A stretch of 63,802 nucleotides of DNA, filler included, from Octopus bimaculoides (lineage: Eukaryota): the NCBI RefSeq assembly GCF_001194135.2. It is 9 parts of 7 records of this genome, joined end to end, with 100 filler letters (N's around TTAATTAATTAA, not from the genome) between each part and the next. Parts side by side here need not be neighbours in the genome. Positions count along the whole stretch, not along the records: positions 1 to 9,190 come from NC_068995.1; positions 9,291 to 15,111 come from NC_068981.1; 7 more parts are not named here. One strand, 5' to 3'. Shown piece by piece: positions 1 to 13,084 of the stretch (within the stretch, counting starts at the first letter, position 1; every line of letters begins with the position of its first letter). The translations under genes and the position numbers were made by a program. The notes beneath the pieces were generated by a model. It made no database searches, was not told where the DNA came from, and saw only the letters and a list, made by a program, of their open reading frames with translations.

Positions 1-349
1 GGTGCCCTGGGAATGACAGCGAAACGGGCTGATTACTACCTAGATCAGATTCCAGGAAACCCCAAAATGGCTGAAGTTCAAAAGATAGTGCTCATGGGAA
101 CTGCCCATATCCTACATAAAATACTGTCTATGTGATCTCAAATTTTAAAGCAAACACATAATTTTCTTATGGTTTCTTAAACATTCACTTGAACAAAACT
201 GTACAAATCCAAATATATGGTACTCTAGGCATAACACCTACATGAACTTCTAACTTGTTGTCTCTTGAGGTCTCTGGGTGAGACTTGGATCCAACTTGTA
301 CAAATGCAAAACAAAAGTCAAACATAAAATAATAATAATAATAATAATA
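1..349 (+). mobile_element. 3' end of R4/Dong-like non-LTR retrotransposon (ORF end, 3' UTR, (AAT)n tail)
   Basis: Frame 1 (1-135) reads GALGMTAKRADYYLDQIPGNPKMAEVQKIVLMGTAHILHKILSM*, the same C-terminus as the other RLE-type LINE copies here (TALLGTARILQMVLEK*, SVLLGTVNILHKVLSV*); followed by a UTR and (AAT)n at ~328-349. Confidence 0.85.
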
Positions 350-939
350 CCCTGATGCAGTATCAGGCATCGGCTCTCATAATATCTAATCTTAACTGAT
401 TGGAAGTGTTATCATGTACATTGTTTTGCCTTGGTATAAAAGATGAGCTACGGCAAATATTCTGCTCAATACTACAGATTTGCTTATCAGTTGCTTGACC
501 TTAACCAGTTGAGCATGTCTCTTAGTGGCTGATGATATGTGCATCTCTGATCACAAGCAGAAGTAATGTGGGAGCATCATAGCCATGTGTTGACAGACAT
601 TCTTTGATGTTTGAATAATTCACCTCTGGAAACATGGAAGTTTATTTCATCATCTTTAAACAAACCTTATTCAGGGAACTTTTGAGTCGACCTAAAGAAA
701 ATTCTAATTGGGCCTTACCTGCAAGGTCATGCGCTGTTTACCTTGATATGAGATCATCATGTCGCGCACGTGTGTTGGTGATGCATGTATCTAGTGTACC
801 CTTGTCAGACGTGTAGTCATGATGGGTACATTGGGCTTCGTATATTTGTTCCCCAGTGTTACTTAGATGGCATGCACTGCTCTCTCACTCAGTACTCCTA
901 CTAATACTAATACTAAAAATAATAATAATAATAATAATA
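350..939 (+). repeat. Unclassified SINE-like interspersed repeat ending in an (AAT)n tail
   Basis: About 550 bp of non-coding, moderately GC-rich sequence bracketed by two AAT arrays and ending ctctctcactca plus degenerate (AAT)n. Recognised as a repeat from memory only; no second copy in the window and no clear Pol III boxes. Confidence 0.5.
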
Positions 940-940
940 T

Positions 941-1157
941 TCACAAACATGATAGAGTTGAGACCTACAATGCCAACACTGAAATGACAACAGAAAAAAT
1001 GTAGTATTGGCACACCCCAGAAAATGAGAAAGTAACCATACCCTGGGATATGTCAATATACACAGATAGAGAAATCAAGGCTAATAAACCGGATATAGTT
1101 GTCAGAGATTACCAAGAAAGAAGATGTCTTCTAATCGATGTATCAATACTAACAGAT
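941..1157 (+). mobile_element. R4/Dong-like LINE fragment, restriction-like endonuclease region
   Basis: 1011-1157 translates HTPENEKVTIPWDMSIYTDREIKANKPDIVVRDYQERRCLLIDVSILTD (WD..I.TD...NKPD...ID motif of the PD-(D/E)xK RLE). Confidence 0.85.
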
Positions 1158-1410
1158 ACGCCTCGCTGACCTTAACTTTCATTTCTCTGTGTAGAATGTC
1201 ATCCAGCTCCAAAACCCCTAAATATCTATACTCATTACTGTCGGGTTCAGCCATGGTCTCTCCTGATGGTAACCGCAAACCTCTGCAGGATGCTTTCTTC
1301 TCTTTTTTCATATTAATAACTGAGCATTTGGTAATCCAAAATTCCATACCGATGTCCCTACCACACTTCTGGACTGTTTTGGTTAAGGAATATATCTGTT
1401 TTTCAGATAG
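1158..1410 (-). mobile_element. R4/Dong-like LINE fragment, C-terminal RT region, inverted relative to its neighbours
   Basis: ORF 1102-1473(-) contains DIGMEFWITKCSVINMKK and YRYLGVLELDDILHREMKVKV, homologous to DIGIEFSISECTVL and YKYLGILELDNILHREMKDKV in the 56.6-57.2 kb copy. Confidence 0.85.
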
Positions 1411-1419
1411 ATATGATAC

Positions 1420-3091
1420 CATATTCTTGGAAGAAGTTTGGGGACAATAGAAATCAGGAGAGGCATCTTCCAAGGGGACTGCCCGACCCCACTGTACTCT
1501 GTACTGTGCATGATACCACTAACACTGATTCTGAGGAAAGCAAAGGCTGGGAGTGTATTCAAGGACCGCTAACAAAAAGTCAACCAATTGTTATTCATGG
1601 ATGACCTCAAACTTTATGGTTAAAATGAATCCTAAGTCAGTTCCCTCGTTGATACGGTGTATACTTTCAGTGCTGATATCAGAACGGAGTTCGGACTGGG
1701 AAAGTGTGGTGTGTTAGTCTTGAAGAGAGGCAAAATCAAATGTATGGACGGGCTAGCGATACCGTCGAGGGAGGGTATGAAGCAGATAGAAGAGACGGGC
1801 TATAAGTACTTGGGGATATTGGAAATGGATAAAATGATGGAGAAAGATATTACAGAAAAATTTTAAGTCGAGATTAAACGGACGGAATAGGATCGAAGTT
1901 ATCAACACCTGGGCGGTTTCACTCCTTAGATATTGAGCAGGGGTAATCGTATGGACAGTAGACGAACTAAACAACTTAGACAGAAAGACAAGGAAGTTGC
2001 TGACTAGATATGGGATAGTCCATCCAAAACGTGACACCGTCAGACTGTATGTACCAAGAAAAAGAGGTAGAAGAGGACTGATTGGATTCGAACACAGTAT
2101 TAGAGTAGAAGAAAACAACATTGCATGGTATGTAAAAATGCCACAGAAACGCTATTATTAGAAGTAAGAAGGTCAGGTTTGTGTAGGATGGAAGATTGCA
2201 AACCTAATGTACTGTACAAGCAATTGAGAATGAATGAAACAGAAAATAGGTGAATAAAGAAAAGAATATATGGACATTTTCATAGGTATGTTGAAGATAA
2301 GACAGAGAAAAAAGTTGGCTATGGATGACTAGAAGTGATTTAAAACCGGAAACGGATGCTCTAATCTGTGCTGCCCAAGAGCAAGCATTAAGAACGAATT
2401 ACATCAAATACAGAATAGACAACACATCAGAAAGTGATAAGTGCGGAATTAGTGGACAAAATGCTGAAGCCGTATGGGATATTACCAGCCAATGTACGCC
2501 ATTAGCACAGAAAGAATATGAGAGACGTCATGACAATATAGCAAAGATTGTCCATTGGACACTTCGCAACAGGTACGGACTTGACAGAGCAAAAAAGTGG
2601 TATGAACATAAACCCGAAGGCATCATCGAAAATGATAATGCAAAGATCCTATGGATTTTATGATTCAGTGCGACCATGACATAGAGAATACGAAACCAGA
2701 CATAGTCTTGATTGAGAAAGAAAGCAAACGATGCTGGATCATAGAAATAGCATGCCCAGCTGACAACAAGGTATGTGTTAAAGAAGAAAGAAAAATCAAT
2801 AGATATAACAGGTTAGTTTGGGAGGTTAAGCAGCTGTGGTCAATGAAAAAGGTGGTAGTAGTACGAATAATTGTCGGAGCCCTGGGAACAGTGAGCAAAA
2901 ATCTTGAGAAGTACATGGAACAAATAGAGGGTGCAAGAAGGGTGGGGTGCTTACAGAAAACAGCACTGCTTGGAACAGCACGAATACTCCAGATGGTGCT
3001 CGAAAAATAAGGGGTGTTACCTTAGTTCACTGGTAGTGAACAGTTGACACCGTAATACATCTCCAGCGTTAGATGTGCAAAGACAATGAAA
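1420..3091 (+). mobile_element. 5'-truncated, frameshifted R4/Dong-like LINE (RT core, decayed CCHC, RLE, 3' UTR, (AAT)n tail)
   Basis: RRGIFQGD, LLFMDDLKLY, GYKYLGILE, ALICAAQEQALRTN, decayed CCHC (CGISGQNAEAVWDITSQC), NTKPDIVLIEK, IVGALGTV, TALLGTARILQMVLEK* ending at 3010; aataataataat at ~3079-3091. The tail of a minus-strand SINE follows at 3092-3119 before the gap. Confidence 0.92.
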
Positions 3092-3685
3092 TAATAATAA
3101 TGGTTTCAAATTTTGGTACNNNNNNNNNNNNNNNNNNNNNNNNNNNNNNNNNNNNNNNNNNNNNNNNNNNNNNNNNNNNNNNNNNNNNNNNNNNNNNNNN
3201 NNNNNNNNNNNNNNNNNNNNNNNNNNNNNNNNNNNNNNNNNNNNNNNNNNNNNNNNNNNNNNNNNNNNNNNNNNNNNNNNNNNNNNNNNNNNNNNNNNNN
3301 NNNNNNNNNNNNNNNNNNNNNNNNNNNNNNNNNNNNNNNNNNNNNNNNNNNNNNNNNNNNNNNNNNNNNNNNNNNNNNNNNNNNNNNNNNNNNNNNNNNN
3401 NNNNNNNNNNNNNNNNNNNNNNNNNNNNNNNNNNNNNNNNNNNNNNNNNNNNNNNNNNNNNNNNNNNNNNNNNNNNNNNNNNNNNNNNNNNNNNNNNNNN
3501 NNNNNNNNNNNNNNNNNNNNNNNNNNNNNNNNNNNNNNNNNNNNNNNNNNNNNNNNNNNNNNNNNNNNNNNNNNNNNNNNNNNNNNNNNNNNNNNNNNNN
3601 NNNNNNNNNNNNNNNNNNNNNNNNNNNNNNNNNNNNNNNNNNNNNNNNNNNNNNNNNNNNNNNNNNNNNNNNNNNNNNNNNNNNN

Positions 3686-3770
3686 GAAGAAGAAGAAGAA
3701 GAAGAAGAAGAAGAAGAAGAAGAAGAAGATGAAGAAGAAGAAGAAGAAGAAGAAGACGATGATGATGATG
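3686..3770. repeat. (GAA)n/(GAT)n trinucleotide microsatellite
   Basis: Direct inspection; abuts an assembly gap. Confidence 0.95.
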
Positions 3771-4339
3771 AAATTCTTTTCTGATTTTTTTTTTCCTTTT
3801 CCTAGCTCTATCCATTTTATTCCATTTTCTCCTTTCATTTATTAATAAGGCTTGCACTATTTTCCGAACAGAAACAAATAAAACTATACAAAGCTGTTTG
3901 ATATTGTTATCAAAGATAAACTATTATCTTTTTCTGTTCAAAGTGTGAAATTCAAACGTTTCAGGTCTCTTCTGAAAGATATATCACCTATAAACAGAAA
4001 CTTGACAAAGCTTCTAAAAGGTAATGTTTAGATATTCAAAAGTATTTAAAGCTTTAAACTCCAGATTCTTTGACATCAGTATTATGCGAAAAATGTGGAT
4101 TATTTGCTTACTGGAATTATTATTCTGAAGTTCTACTCATTGGCATATTTATAGCCAGTCAAAAGGCCTAGAAATGTGAAATTTACTTCGATGGTTCTTT
4201 GGAGTGTCTCAATCTATATTTGACTTAGCGGTTGAGTGGCGTGTCTAGATACTATAGACTTGTTCTGTGACTTAAATAAATATCAATGCAAGATTACTTT
4301 CTGACGCACGTGCAAACATATGTTCGCGTATAGGTTTGT

Positions 4340-5281
<942 letters not shown>

Positions 5282-6690
5282 NNNNNNNNNNNNNNNNNNN
5301 NNNNNNNNNNNNNNNNNNNNNNNNNNNNNNNNNNNNNNNNNNNNNNNNNNNNNNNNNNNNNNNNNNNNNNNNNNNNNNNNNNNNNNNNNNNNNNNNNNNN
5401 NNNNNNNNNNNNNNNNNNNNNNNNNNNNNNNNNNNNNNNNNNNNNNNNNNNNNNNNNNNNNNNNNNNNNNNNNNNNNNNNNNNNNNNNNNNNNNNNNNNN
5501 NNNNNNNNNNNNNNNNNNNNNNNNNNNNNNNNNNNNNNNNNNNNNNNNNNNNNNNNNNNNNNNNNNNNNNNNNNNNNNNNNNNNNNNNNNNNNNNNNNNN
5601 NNNNNNNNNNNNNNNNNNNNNNNNNNNNNNNNNNNNNNNNNNNNNNNNNNNNNNNNNNNNNNNNNNNNNNNNNNNNNNNNNNNNNNNNNNNNNNNNNNNN
5701 NNNNNNNNNNNNNNNNNNNNNNNNNNNNNNNNNNNNNNNNNNNNNNNNNNNNNNNNNNNNNNNNNNNNNNNNNNNNNNNNNNNNNNNNNNNNNNNNNNNN
5801 NNNNNNNNNNNNNNNNNNNNNNNNNNNNNNNNNNNNNNNNNNNNNNNNNNNNNNNNNNNNNNNNNNNNNNNNNNNNNNNNNNNNNNNNNNNNNNNNNNNN
5901 NNNNNNNNNNNNNNNNNNNNNNNNNNNNNNNNNNNNNNNNNNNNNNNNNNNNNNNNNNNNNNNNNNNNNNNNNNNNNNNNNNNNNNNNNNNNNNNNNNNN
6001 NNNNNNNNNNNNNNNNNNNNNNNNNNNNNNNNNNNNNNNNNNNNNNNNNNNNNNNNNNNNNNNNNNNNNNNNNNNNNNNNNNNNNNNNNNNNNNNNNNNN
6101 NNNNNNNNNNNNNNNNNNNNNNNNNNNNNNNNNNNNNNNNNNNNNNNNNNNNNNNNNNNNNNNNNNNNNNNNNNNNNNNNNNNNNNNNNNNNNNNNNNNN
6201 NNNNNNNNNNNNNNNNNNNNNNNNNNNNNNNNNNNNNNNNNNNNNNNNNNNNNNNNNTTATATACACATGAATAATTATATATGTACACGCACAAACATA
6301 TATGTGTATGTGTGGGGGGATCTGAAAGATTGAATTCAAAAAGTTTAAAATGTAATTATAGCTTAAGTTTTATATACAAGAGATAATAAAGATAATTTTC
6401 TTACTGCCGTGTCGATATATGGAAAACTGTCAATATTTCCATTCTAACAAAAAGAAACTATTTCAACTCATACAATAAAGAATAGTGGAAAGAACTCCCT
6501 TCAAAAAATGCCAGTTATTTCTTTCGTGCGAAAATTTGCTGTAATTGTTTTACTTTTGTTTTTCCTAATGTATTATCATCATAAACACTCGTGGTTTGTT
6601 GGACTGTAATTGGCTGCCAAGCGACGACACAAAATGGTCGTCAAGTGATAAGGATTCACAGTTGATGTCAAAATCATAAACAAAGAAATT

Positions 6691-6721
<31 letters not shown>

Positions 6722-6809
6722 GCTATTATTATTATTATTATTATTGTCATTGTTATTACTATTTCTATTAATACTACAATTTTGATGTTGCTACTGTTGT
6801 TGTTATCAC

Positions 6810-8360
6810 ATAGTATTGGGGCTGTAACCGGTTTTATTTTGCTTCACATTGATCCTCAACTCGTGGTCTAATATCAAAACATTTTTTCACTTTCTCTATA
6901 AAAGTCATTTTCTGCTGTCCTTTGTATCAAGGACTTACCGGGTAATTGTTGCTGAGGGACCCTCTACTAGATTAAGGTCCCCGTTTTCAATTTTTTCGTA
7001 ATTTAATTTTTGAGAAATTCATACATCGTGTCGGTAAAACACTCAACTTTTCCTTTTCCTTTATCTTGACTCCAGTACCAAACGACCAAATCACATCAAT
7101 TACAATACCCGGTTTCTTCTTCGTATCAACGACTGTAATATCTGGCTTATTGTGTTCTACACTCTATTTGGTTTGTATTAAAAAGTCTCATAACAATTTC
7201 ACTTCGTCGTTTTCGTCGATTCCCACAAATTTCTTTTTTCGAGTTCCATAAAATGACCATAGTTCTTTTCTGTGCATGCAAAGCTAAATATCTTGCAGTG
7301 AAATATTGCAACAATCTAATTCTAAATTCTGTCTTCATTTTGAATTAACAGTGAACATTCTGATTCGATGTTAACTAGCCTTGACTGAGTCATTGTGCAT
7401 TCTGCATTTAGTAAAGAATCCTGCTATCATTCGCTTGACCCAATTCACCCTTAAGACCTGCTCCTGTACCACTAAAATCACCTGCTCCTGTCTCTTCTTT
7501 TAATACTTCTTTCTTTAGCCAAAACCAGCTTTGCTTATCATATCTTATCTCTTGTCCTTTTATAAAACACTGAATAAAGCTTATTTTCGTTAATGTTTGA
7601 TTTACATTTTTTGGACATATTTTTACCTTCTTCTTTTGATGAAACACACATTTTGTAAACAGTCCTTTACATTTTACTTCCGTAAGGAGTCTATTTTTAA
7701 AAAACAAGACTAGCCGTGTTTTCTTTAGTTCCATTTTTCTTCGACACTCATTCATCCTCCTCCTACTCCTGCTCTTTTCCAGTATAATCTGTCCACATCC
7801 TTCTTTTCATTGTGAGATAATTCGTCTTTCTGTTGATATATTTTACCTCACCCTTCTCCCACCCAAAAATTCCTGCTCCCTGCCTTATTAGCGATTTACC
7901 CTCAAGTTGATCACTTATATGATATTTCCTGCATTAAATTTATATTTTAAAATATTCATTCTACAAAAGTATTCTTTACTAAGAACTTTTCCGTTTTTGT
8001 ACTTTTGATCTTATCCCTTTCCAGTATTCTTCTATATTTCATCATTTTCTTGTTTCCCCATCAGGTAGATATCTTTCTGTACTTTTTATGAATTCTCTTC
8101 CATTTCAACTCCATCATAACACATTTCTCGATTTCGAATGTCACCCCAATGTCACTACTAAATATGCTTATGGTTTGCAGTAAGGAACCCATTGAATTCT
8201 TGTCTTTGTTATAAGGTTTTAAATAACCCATAAACAGGAAATTTCCTGTTTTTCCAGTGAGTATCCTCCGTTAGTTTTGTTCAAGAATAATTCAGAGAGG
8301 ATCAATGAGATTGCAATAAAGATAGAAGGATAACCCCTTCAAACATTCTTCTCTCCATTT
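6810..8360 (-). mobile_element. Heavily decayed R4/Dong-like LINE (RT to RLE to 3' UTR)
   Basis: Minus strand gives FLFMGYLKPY (decayed FMDDLKLY), IFSSDIGVTFEIEKCVMM, KDVDRLYWKRAGVGGG and VEHNKPDITVVDTKKKPGIVIDV; flanked by ATT/TAC arrays (6690-6810) and a TTA array (8360-8460). Confidence 0.8.
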
Positions 8361-8370
8361 ATTATTATTC

Positions 8371-8431
<61 letters not shown>

Positions 8432-8460
8432 CATCATCATCATCATTATCATTATTATTT

Positions 8461-8990
8461 ACTTTTAATCTGCATGTTTCTTACAATCACTCACCGAGAC
8501 ACACCTAACGTCCTAGGACGAGTGAAGGATAAGAGATGTTACAGTATGACTGAAAGCTTGATGAGGGCAAGTGGCAGGGGCAGTAACGAAATATCTTCAT
8601 GAAATACAACACATACATTTAAATTTATACGGTTTTTCTAAGGATGTGGACAGTACTTGTCAGCACAATCTTTTGGATTTCTCTGAGACATGGTTCTCCT
8701 GAGATATTATCTAGATGTTTCTAACATCCCTTTCTTATAATACCAAGGGCACCCACAATAACAAGAACAGTTCTTGCTTTAAGATGCCACATCTTTTGTA
8801 TTTCTATTTCCATGTCCTTATATTTACTTATTTTGTCAAATTGCTTTATAGATATATTTTCTTGAGTGGGAACACTTACATCTATTAGTCTACGAGTATT
8901 TTCTTCTCGCCTGGATTGCTCTATTGGTGTTGACTAGAAAAACCCAGAGGATAGCGACATTTTACCTTCAACGGAAATACTCCATCGTCT
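8461..8990 (-). mobile_element. 3' fragment of another R4/Dong-like LINE
   Basis: Minus strand LIDVSVPTQENISIKQFDKISKYKDMEIEIQKMWHLK...VIVGALGII...EIQKIVLTSTVHILRKTV*; the 3' UTR runs into the TAA array at 8360-8460. Confidence 0.85.
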
Positions 8991-9007
8991 GTTGCGCTTT
9001 CATTTCC

Positions 9008-9083
<76 letters not shown>

Positions 9084-9102
9084 CATTATTATTATTATTA
9101 TT

Positions 9103-9190
9103 GTTCAGTAGTTTTATTTTTATAACGTGCTTTCACTTCACTACCGAGCGCAGCTCTGAGCGCCTTGGGTATGTGCTATGGTGCTCTTAT
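9103..9190 (-). mobile_element. Probable 3' terminus of a further retroelement with a (TAA)n tail at 9011-9102
   Basis: Minus strand ...gagctgcgctcggtagtgaagtgaaagcacgttataaaaataaaactactgaacaataataat; the rest is lost in a gap. Confidence 0.5.
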
Positions 9191-9340
9191 NNNNNNNNNN
9201 NNNNNNNNNNNNNNNNNNNNNNNNNNNNNNNNNNTTAATTAATTAANNNNNNNNNNNNNNNNNNNNNNNNNNNNNNNNNNNNNNNNNNNNATATATATAT
9301 ATATATGTGCATATGATGTGTACGTGTACACCCATATATA

Positions 9341-10243
9341 TGAGGTGGTATCAAAATGTTCCCGGACTAGTTATGTTTAATAAAAAATAGCTTATTTACC
9401 TAAGTTTTAACATCATTTCCTTTGAAATAGTCACCTTGCACAGCAATACATCGGTCTCAGCATTCCTGCCACTTTTGGAATCTCGCCTGGAAGTTGTTTT
9501 CTGTAGGTGAATAGAGGATCTTTTGCAATTCACTCCGGATCTCAACAACAGCATTAAAATAGCTAACTTTGAGCTGCATTTTCATCTTGGTGGAGAAATG
9601 GAAGTCCACTGGTGCTAAATCTGACAAATAGTGTGGGTGCAGAAGTGACACCATGTTGTTTTTAGCGAGAAACCCACAAGTGAAGAGAACTTGGTAAAGA
9701 ATCCAATTCTTTGTGCTCCACAAATCCAATGACTTCCATAGAATGTCCTCTCTCAAATGCTTCAAAACATTGCAGTAGGACTCTTGATTGATAGTCTGGC
9801 CCTGGGGGGATGAATTCTCGATGCACAATATCACATTTCCGAGGGTGATGCTTGTGACAGGTCTTCCAGATCACTCATCGTCTTCCAGTAACATTTTTCT
9901 ACTTTTGACATTCTTCCCATACCACTTGAAACATTACGTAGGACACATTGCCTCGTTGCCATAAGTTTGTTGAAGTATGCTCAATGTCTCTGAAGCAGAC
10001 TTCTCAAGTTTAAAGCAAAATTTCACGTTGGCTCTTTGTTCCTGCTCATGACAAAATCGCAGACTACAGAATACATGTGATCAGAAAAACACAAATTTCA
10101 CAACTAGCGAAGTAAAAACAGCAATGCCACTCAGTACACTGCCTCATGAGGGTCATTGCTAGCTCTCACTGCACATGCAACTATGTACTGCCATCTGTCA
10201 GCATGCCACAGAACTAGTCTGGTGACTTTTTGATACTACCTCG
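9341..10243 (-). mobile_element. Internally deleted mariner transposon with TIRs and TA target duplication
   Basis: 32-bp TIRs (9341-9372 and 10212-10243, 6 mismatches) flanked by TA. Minus-strand remnants EQRANVKFCFKL...CFKW...EDDE.SGRP, IVHREFIPPG/QTINQ, HPHYLSDLAPVDF, FQKWQEC. Confidence 0.92.
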
Positions 10244-10436
10244 TACAAGAGTACTGAGAAGGGAGCTAATACTCTAAATGACTCATAGTAGTAGAAAACA
10301 TAAACTCTATTACAGAAAGCTGACTCTATACATATCCAGAAGCAACAGACGTACTCAACAGATAGCCATTTATGATTTGCTTTAAGGGAACAATGACTAC
10401 AACCATATCTTCCTTTAAAGCAAATTTCATTTATAA

Positions 10437-11107
10437 ACATCATCATCTTCATAATCATCATCATTTAACATCTATTTTTGATGGAGGTAAGAGTTGGCTG
10501 GTTTGACAGGAGCTGGCCAGGCTCCAATTTTCTGTTTTGGTATGGTTTCTATAACTGGATGCTCTTCCTAATGCGAACCACTTTACAGAATATACTGGTG
10601 CTTTATATGTGGTACCAGCATGGGTGCTGCATATGTGGTGCTGGCACAGATGCTTTATATGTGGCTCTGAATGGGTGCTTTTTTACATGGCACTGACTTG
10701 GGTGCATCTTACATGACAGCAGCACAGGTGCTTTTTACACAACACTGGCACCTATGAGCCTGCAGGATGGGTATCCCCTGGCTGACAGAAGGAGATGCCT
10801 GTATGTATAGATGGCCCCGATTTTACTTGGCTTCAGGTGTCTTCTCAAGCACAGGGAATCACTAGAATTCTCAATTCCTTGTCATCGTCGTTATCTCCTC
10901 AGTTAGCCCTAGCATCTGAAAATCCTTTGTCTTCACTTTCTCCCATGTCTCCCTAAGTCTAGCCCTTCCACGTTTTACCTCCCCAATTAGAGACTGGTAC
11001 TTCTTTAAGCAGCTTTCCTCATCCTTACACATCAAATAACCATACCAGCACAGTCTTCTCTCTTGCACACTATAACTGAAGCCTCTTACACCCAAATTTT
11101 CCCTCAA
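10437..11107 (-). mobile_element. 3' end of RTE-clade LINE (ORF end, 3' UTR, (GAT)n tail)
   Basis: ORF 10871-11107(-) LGVRGFSYSVQERRLCWYGYLM...RGRARLRETW...DFQMLGL is a typical RTE C-terminus; the downstream tail contains the gtggttcgcattaggaagagcatccag module and (GAT)n. Confidence 0.8.
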
Positions 11108-11468
11108 TTCACTGGATTGCTAGACAGCATATCAAAGAGAGAAGTGAGATATTGTGAGAGAGAAGTATGTAAAGATGGATAATGTGAATGCATGTAGTGA
11201 GTTTGAAAAGAGAGAGACTTGGAAATGATGCAATAAAAGATTACTAAATGTGAAGAATGCATGAGAAAATGTGAACTGTTAGACCATACGAGTGCTGGTG
11301 CTACGAGAAGAACTCTTAGTACATTCTGCCAAGTTGTTGACATTAGGAAGGATATCCAGCTGAACAAATTTTGCCAAAACGGTTATTGGAAAGTTTAGGC
11401 TAGTTGCATTCTGTTGGACCATTTAACTCATGCTAGCATGATATATGGACATTAAATGATGATGATAT
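11108..11468 (+). mobile_element. Degenerate RTE 3' fragment, back-to-back with the preceding one
   Basis: Contains gttgacattaggaaggatatccagctg, catgctagcatg and ggacattaaatgatgatgat, the RTE tail in plus orientation. Confidence 0.65.
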
Positions 11469-11512
11469 GTGACATATGATACACACACACACCTGTACAT
11501 ATATATATACAT

Positions 11513-11543
<31 letters not shown>

Positions 11544-11821
11544 NNNNNNNNNNNNNNNNNNNNNNNNNNNNNNNNNNNNNNNNNNNNNNNNNNNNNNNNN
11601 NNNNNNNNNNNNNNNNNNNNNNNNNNNNNNNNNNNNNNNNNNNNNNNNNNNNNNNNNNNNNNNNNNNNNNNNNNNNNNNNNNNNNNNNNNNNNNNNNNNN
11701 NNNNNNNNNNNNNNNNNNNNNNNNNNNNNNNNNNNNNNNNNNNNNNNNNNNNNNNNNNNNNNNNNNNNNNNNNNNNNNNNNNNTATATATATATATATAT
11801 ATATATGTTTACACAGAGATA

Positions 11822-13044
11822 CAGAAAGTAAATAGACACCTTTAATTTTCAAAACCTTTTATTTAATATGCAAAGTGAACAGTTGAAATGTAATCAATGG
11901 GTAGAACTACATACTTTAGTATTTAGTTGACATTCATTTTGCAATTTTTAATTCAGAAACTCTTTTTGGCATTGAACTGATGAGCTTTCTGATTGTCTCT
12001 TGCGGAATTTCTGCCCACTTTTTACGCAACAATTGAAACAATTCATCTTTAGATTTAGGTTTCTGTCGAGTTTTTCATATAGCTCTATCTAGTATGCTCC
12101 AAAGATTTTCATTTGGGTTCAAGTCAGGAGATTGGCTCAGCCAAGGAAGCTTTTTGATCCCATTTTCAGTCAACCATTGTTGATTCCTTTTCACTGTGTG
12201 GCATGGAGCCCCATCTTCCATGAATAAAAACTCATTTCTCATCATGTTATCATGTGAATACATCAGAAGTAATCTTTGCTTAAGTATTTCGATGTATTTT
12301 TCATCGATCAGCTCAGAATGACCATTGCTGGTGACAGCTCCCCATACCATTACAGACATACCGCCATGTTTCACGGTTGGTTGGAATCGTTTCAAATCAA
12401 ATTCTTGATTGCGAAGCCTCAAAACCCAAACACGTCCACTGTCTGAAAATAATGCAAATCTGAATTCATCTGAGAAAATCACTCTATCCTAAAATGAACT
12501 GGTTTTTCTGACATCTCCTTAGCCCATTTCTTTCTTTTCATGATATTAATTGGTTGAAGGAGAGGTTTTCTTCTAGCTGCTCGTCCATAATACTCAAGTT
12601 TATGCAGATATGTAACACACATTCTTGGACTAACTTCTAGCTGTTTTGCAATGTCAGAAGCCTTTGAATGGGGTTTGTTTTCCACAATTCTCTTCAAACA
12701 ATGAAGCTTCCTTTCTGAGCGCCCAGGTTGGCCAGGACAAGAATCTGTTGATTCTTTTCCTTGGCTTTTGCATTGCACTATAATTCTATTAACAGTAGCA
12801 AGAGGAATTTGAAGATTTTCGGCAATTTTTCACTGGCTAAGACCAGCCTTAGATTGCCCAACAATACGACCTCTTTGAAAAACTGAATTTTTTGTGAATG
12901 GCATGGTTATTCTTTGCAAATGTTTAATATAATGGCACCTGGAATGAAAAACAATAATTACATTGTAAATTCTACACTGCTGAAAACATATTAAGACACT
13001 TAGATCAGAAATTTTGAAAATTAAAGGTGTCTATTTACTTCCTG
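11822..13044 (-). mobile_element. Near full-length Tc1 (DD34E) transposon, 1223 bp
   Basis: 33-bp TIRs CAG(A/G)AAGTAAATAGACACCTTTAATTTTCAAAA (1 mismatch), both flanked by TA (11820-11821, 13045-13046). Confidence 0.95.
11916..12904 (-). pseudogene. Tc1 transposase pseudogene
   Basis: MPFTKNSVFQRGRIVG...SQ*KIAENL (HTH), RRKPLL, IFSDE, TVKHGG.SVMVWG, EDGAPCH-34 aa-E (SPDLNPNENLW), LISSMPKR; three in-frame stops and one frameshift near 12480. Confidence 0.93.
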
Positions 13045-13084
13045 TATGTCTGTGTATATGTGTGTGTACACCAGTGTCACATAC

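Noticed and set aside
9235-9246. TTAATTAATTAA recurring eight times (9235, 15156, 19926, 27801, 34340, 43002, 58822, 61470)
   Set aside because: Always centred between N runs (44 + 12 + 44 = 100 bp where counted). It is a scaffolding linker with stops in all six frames, not biology.
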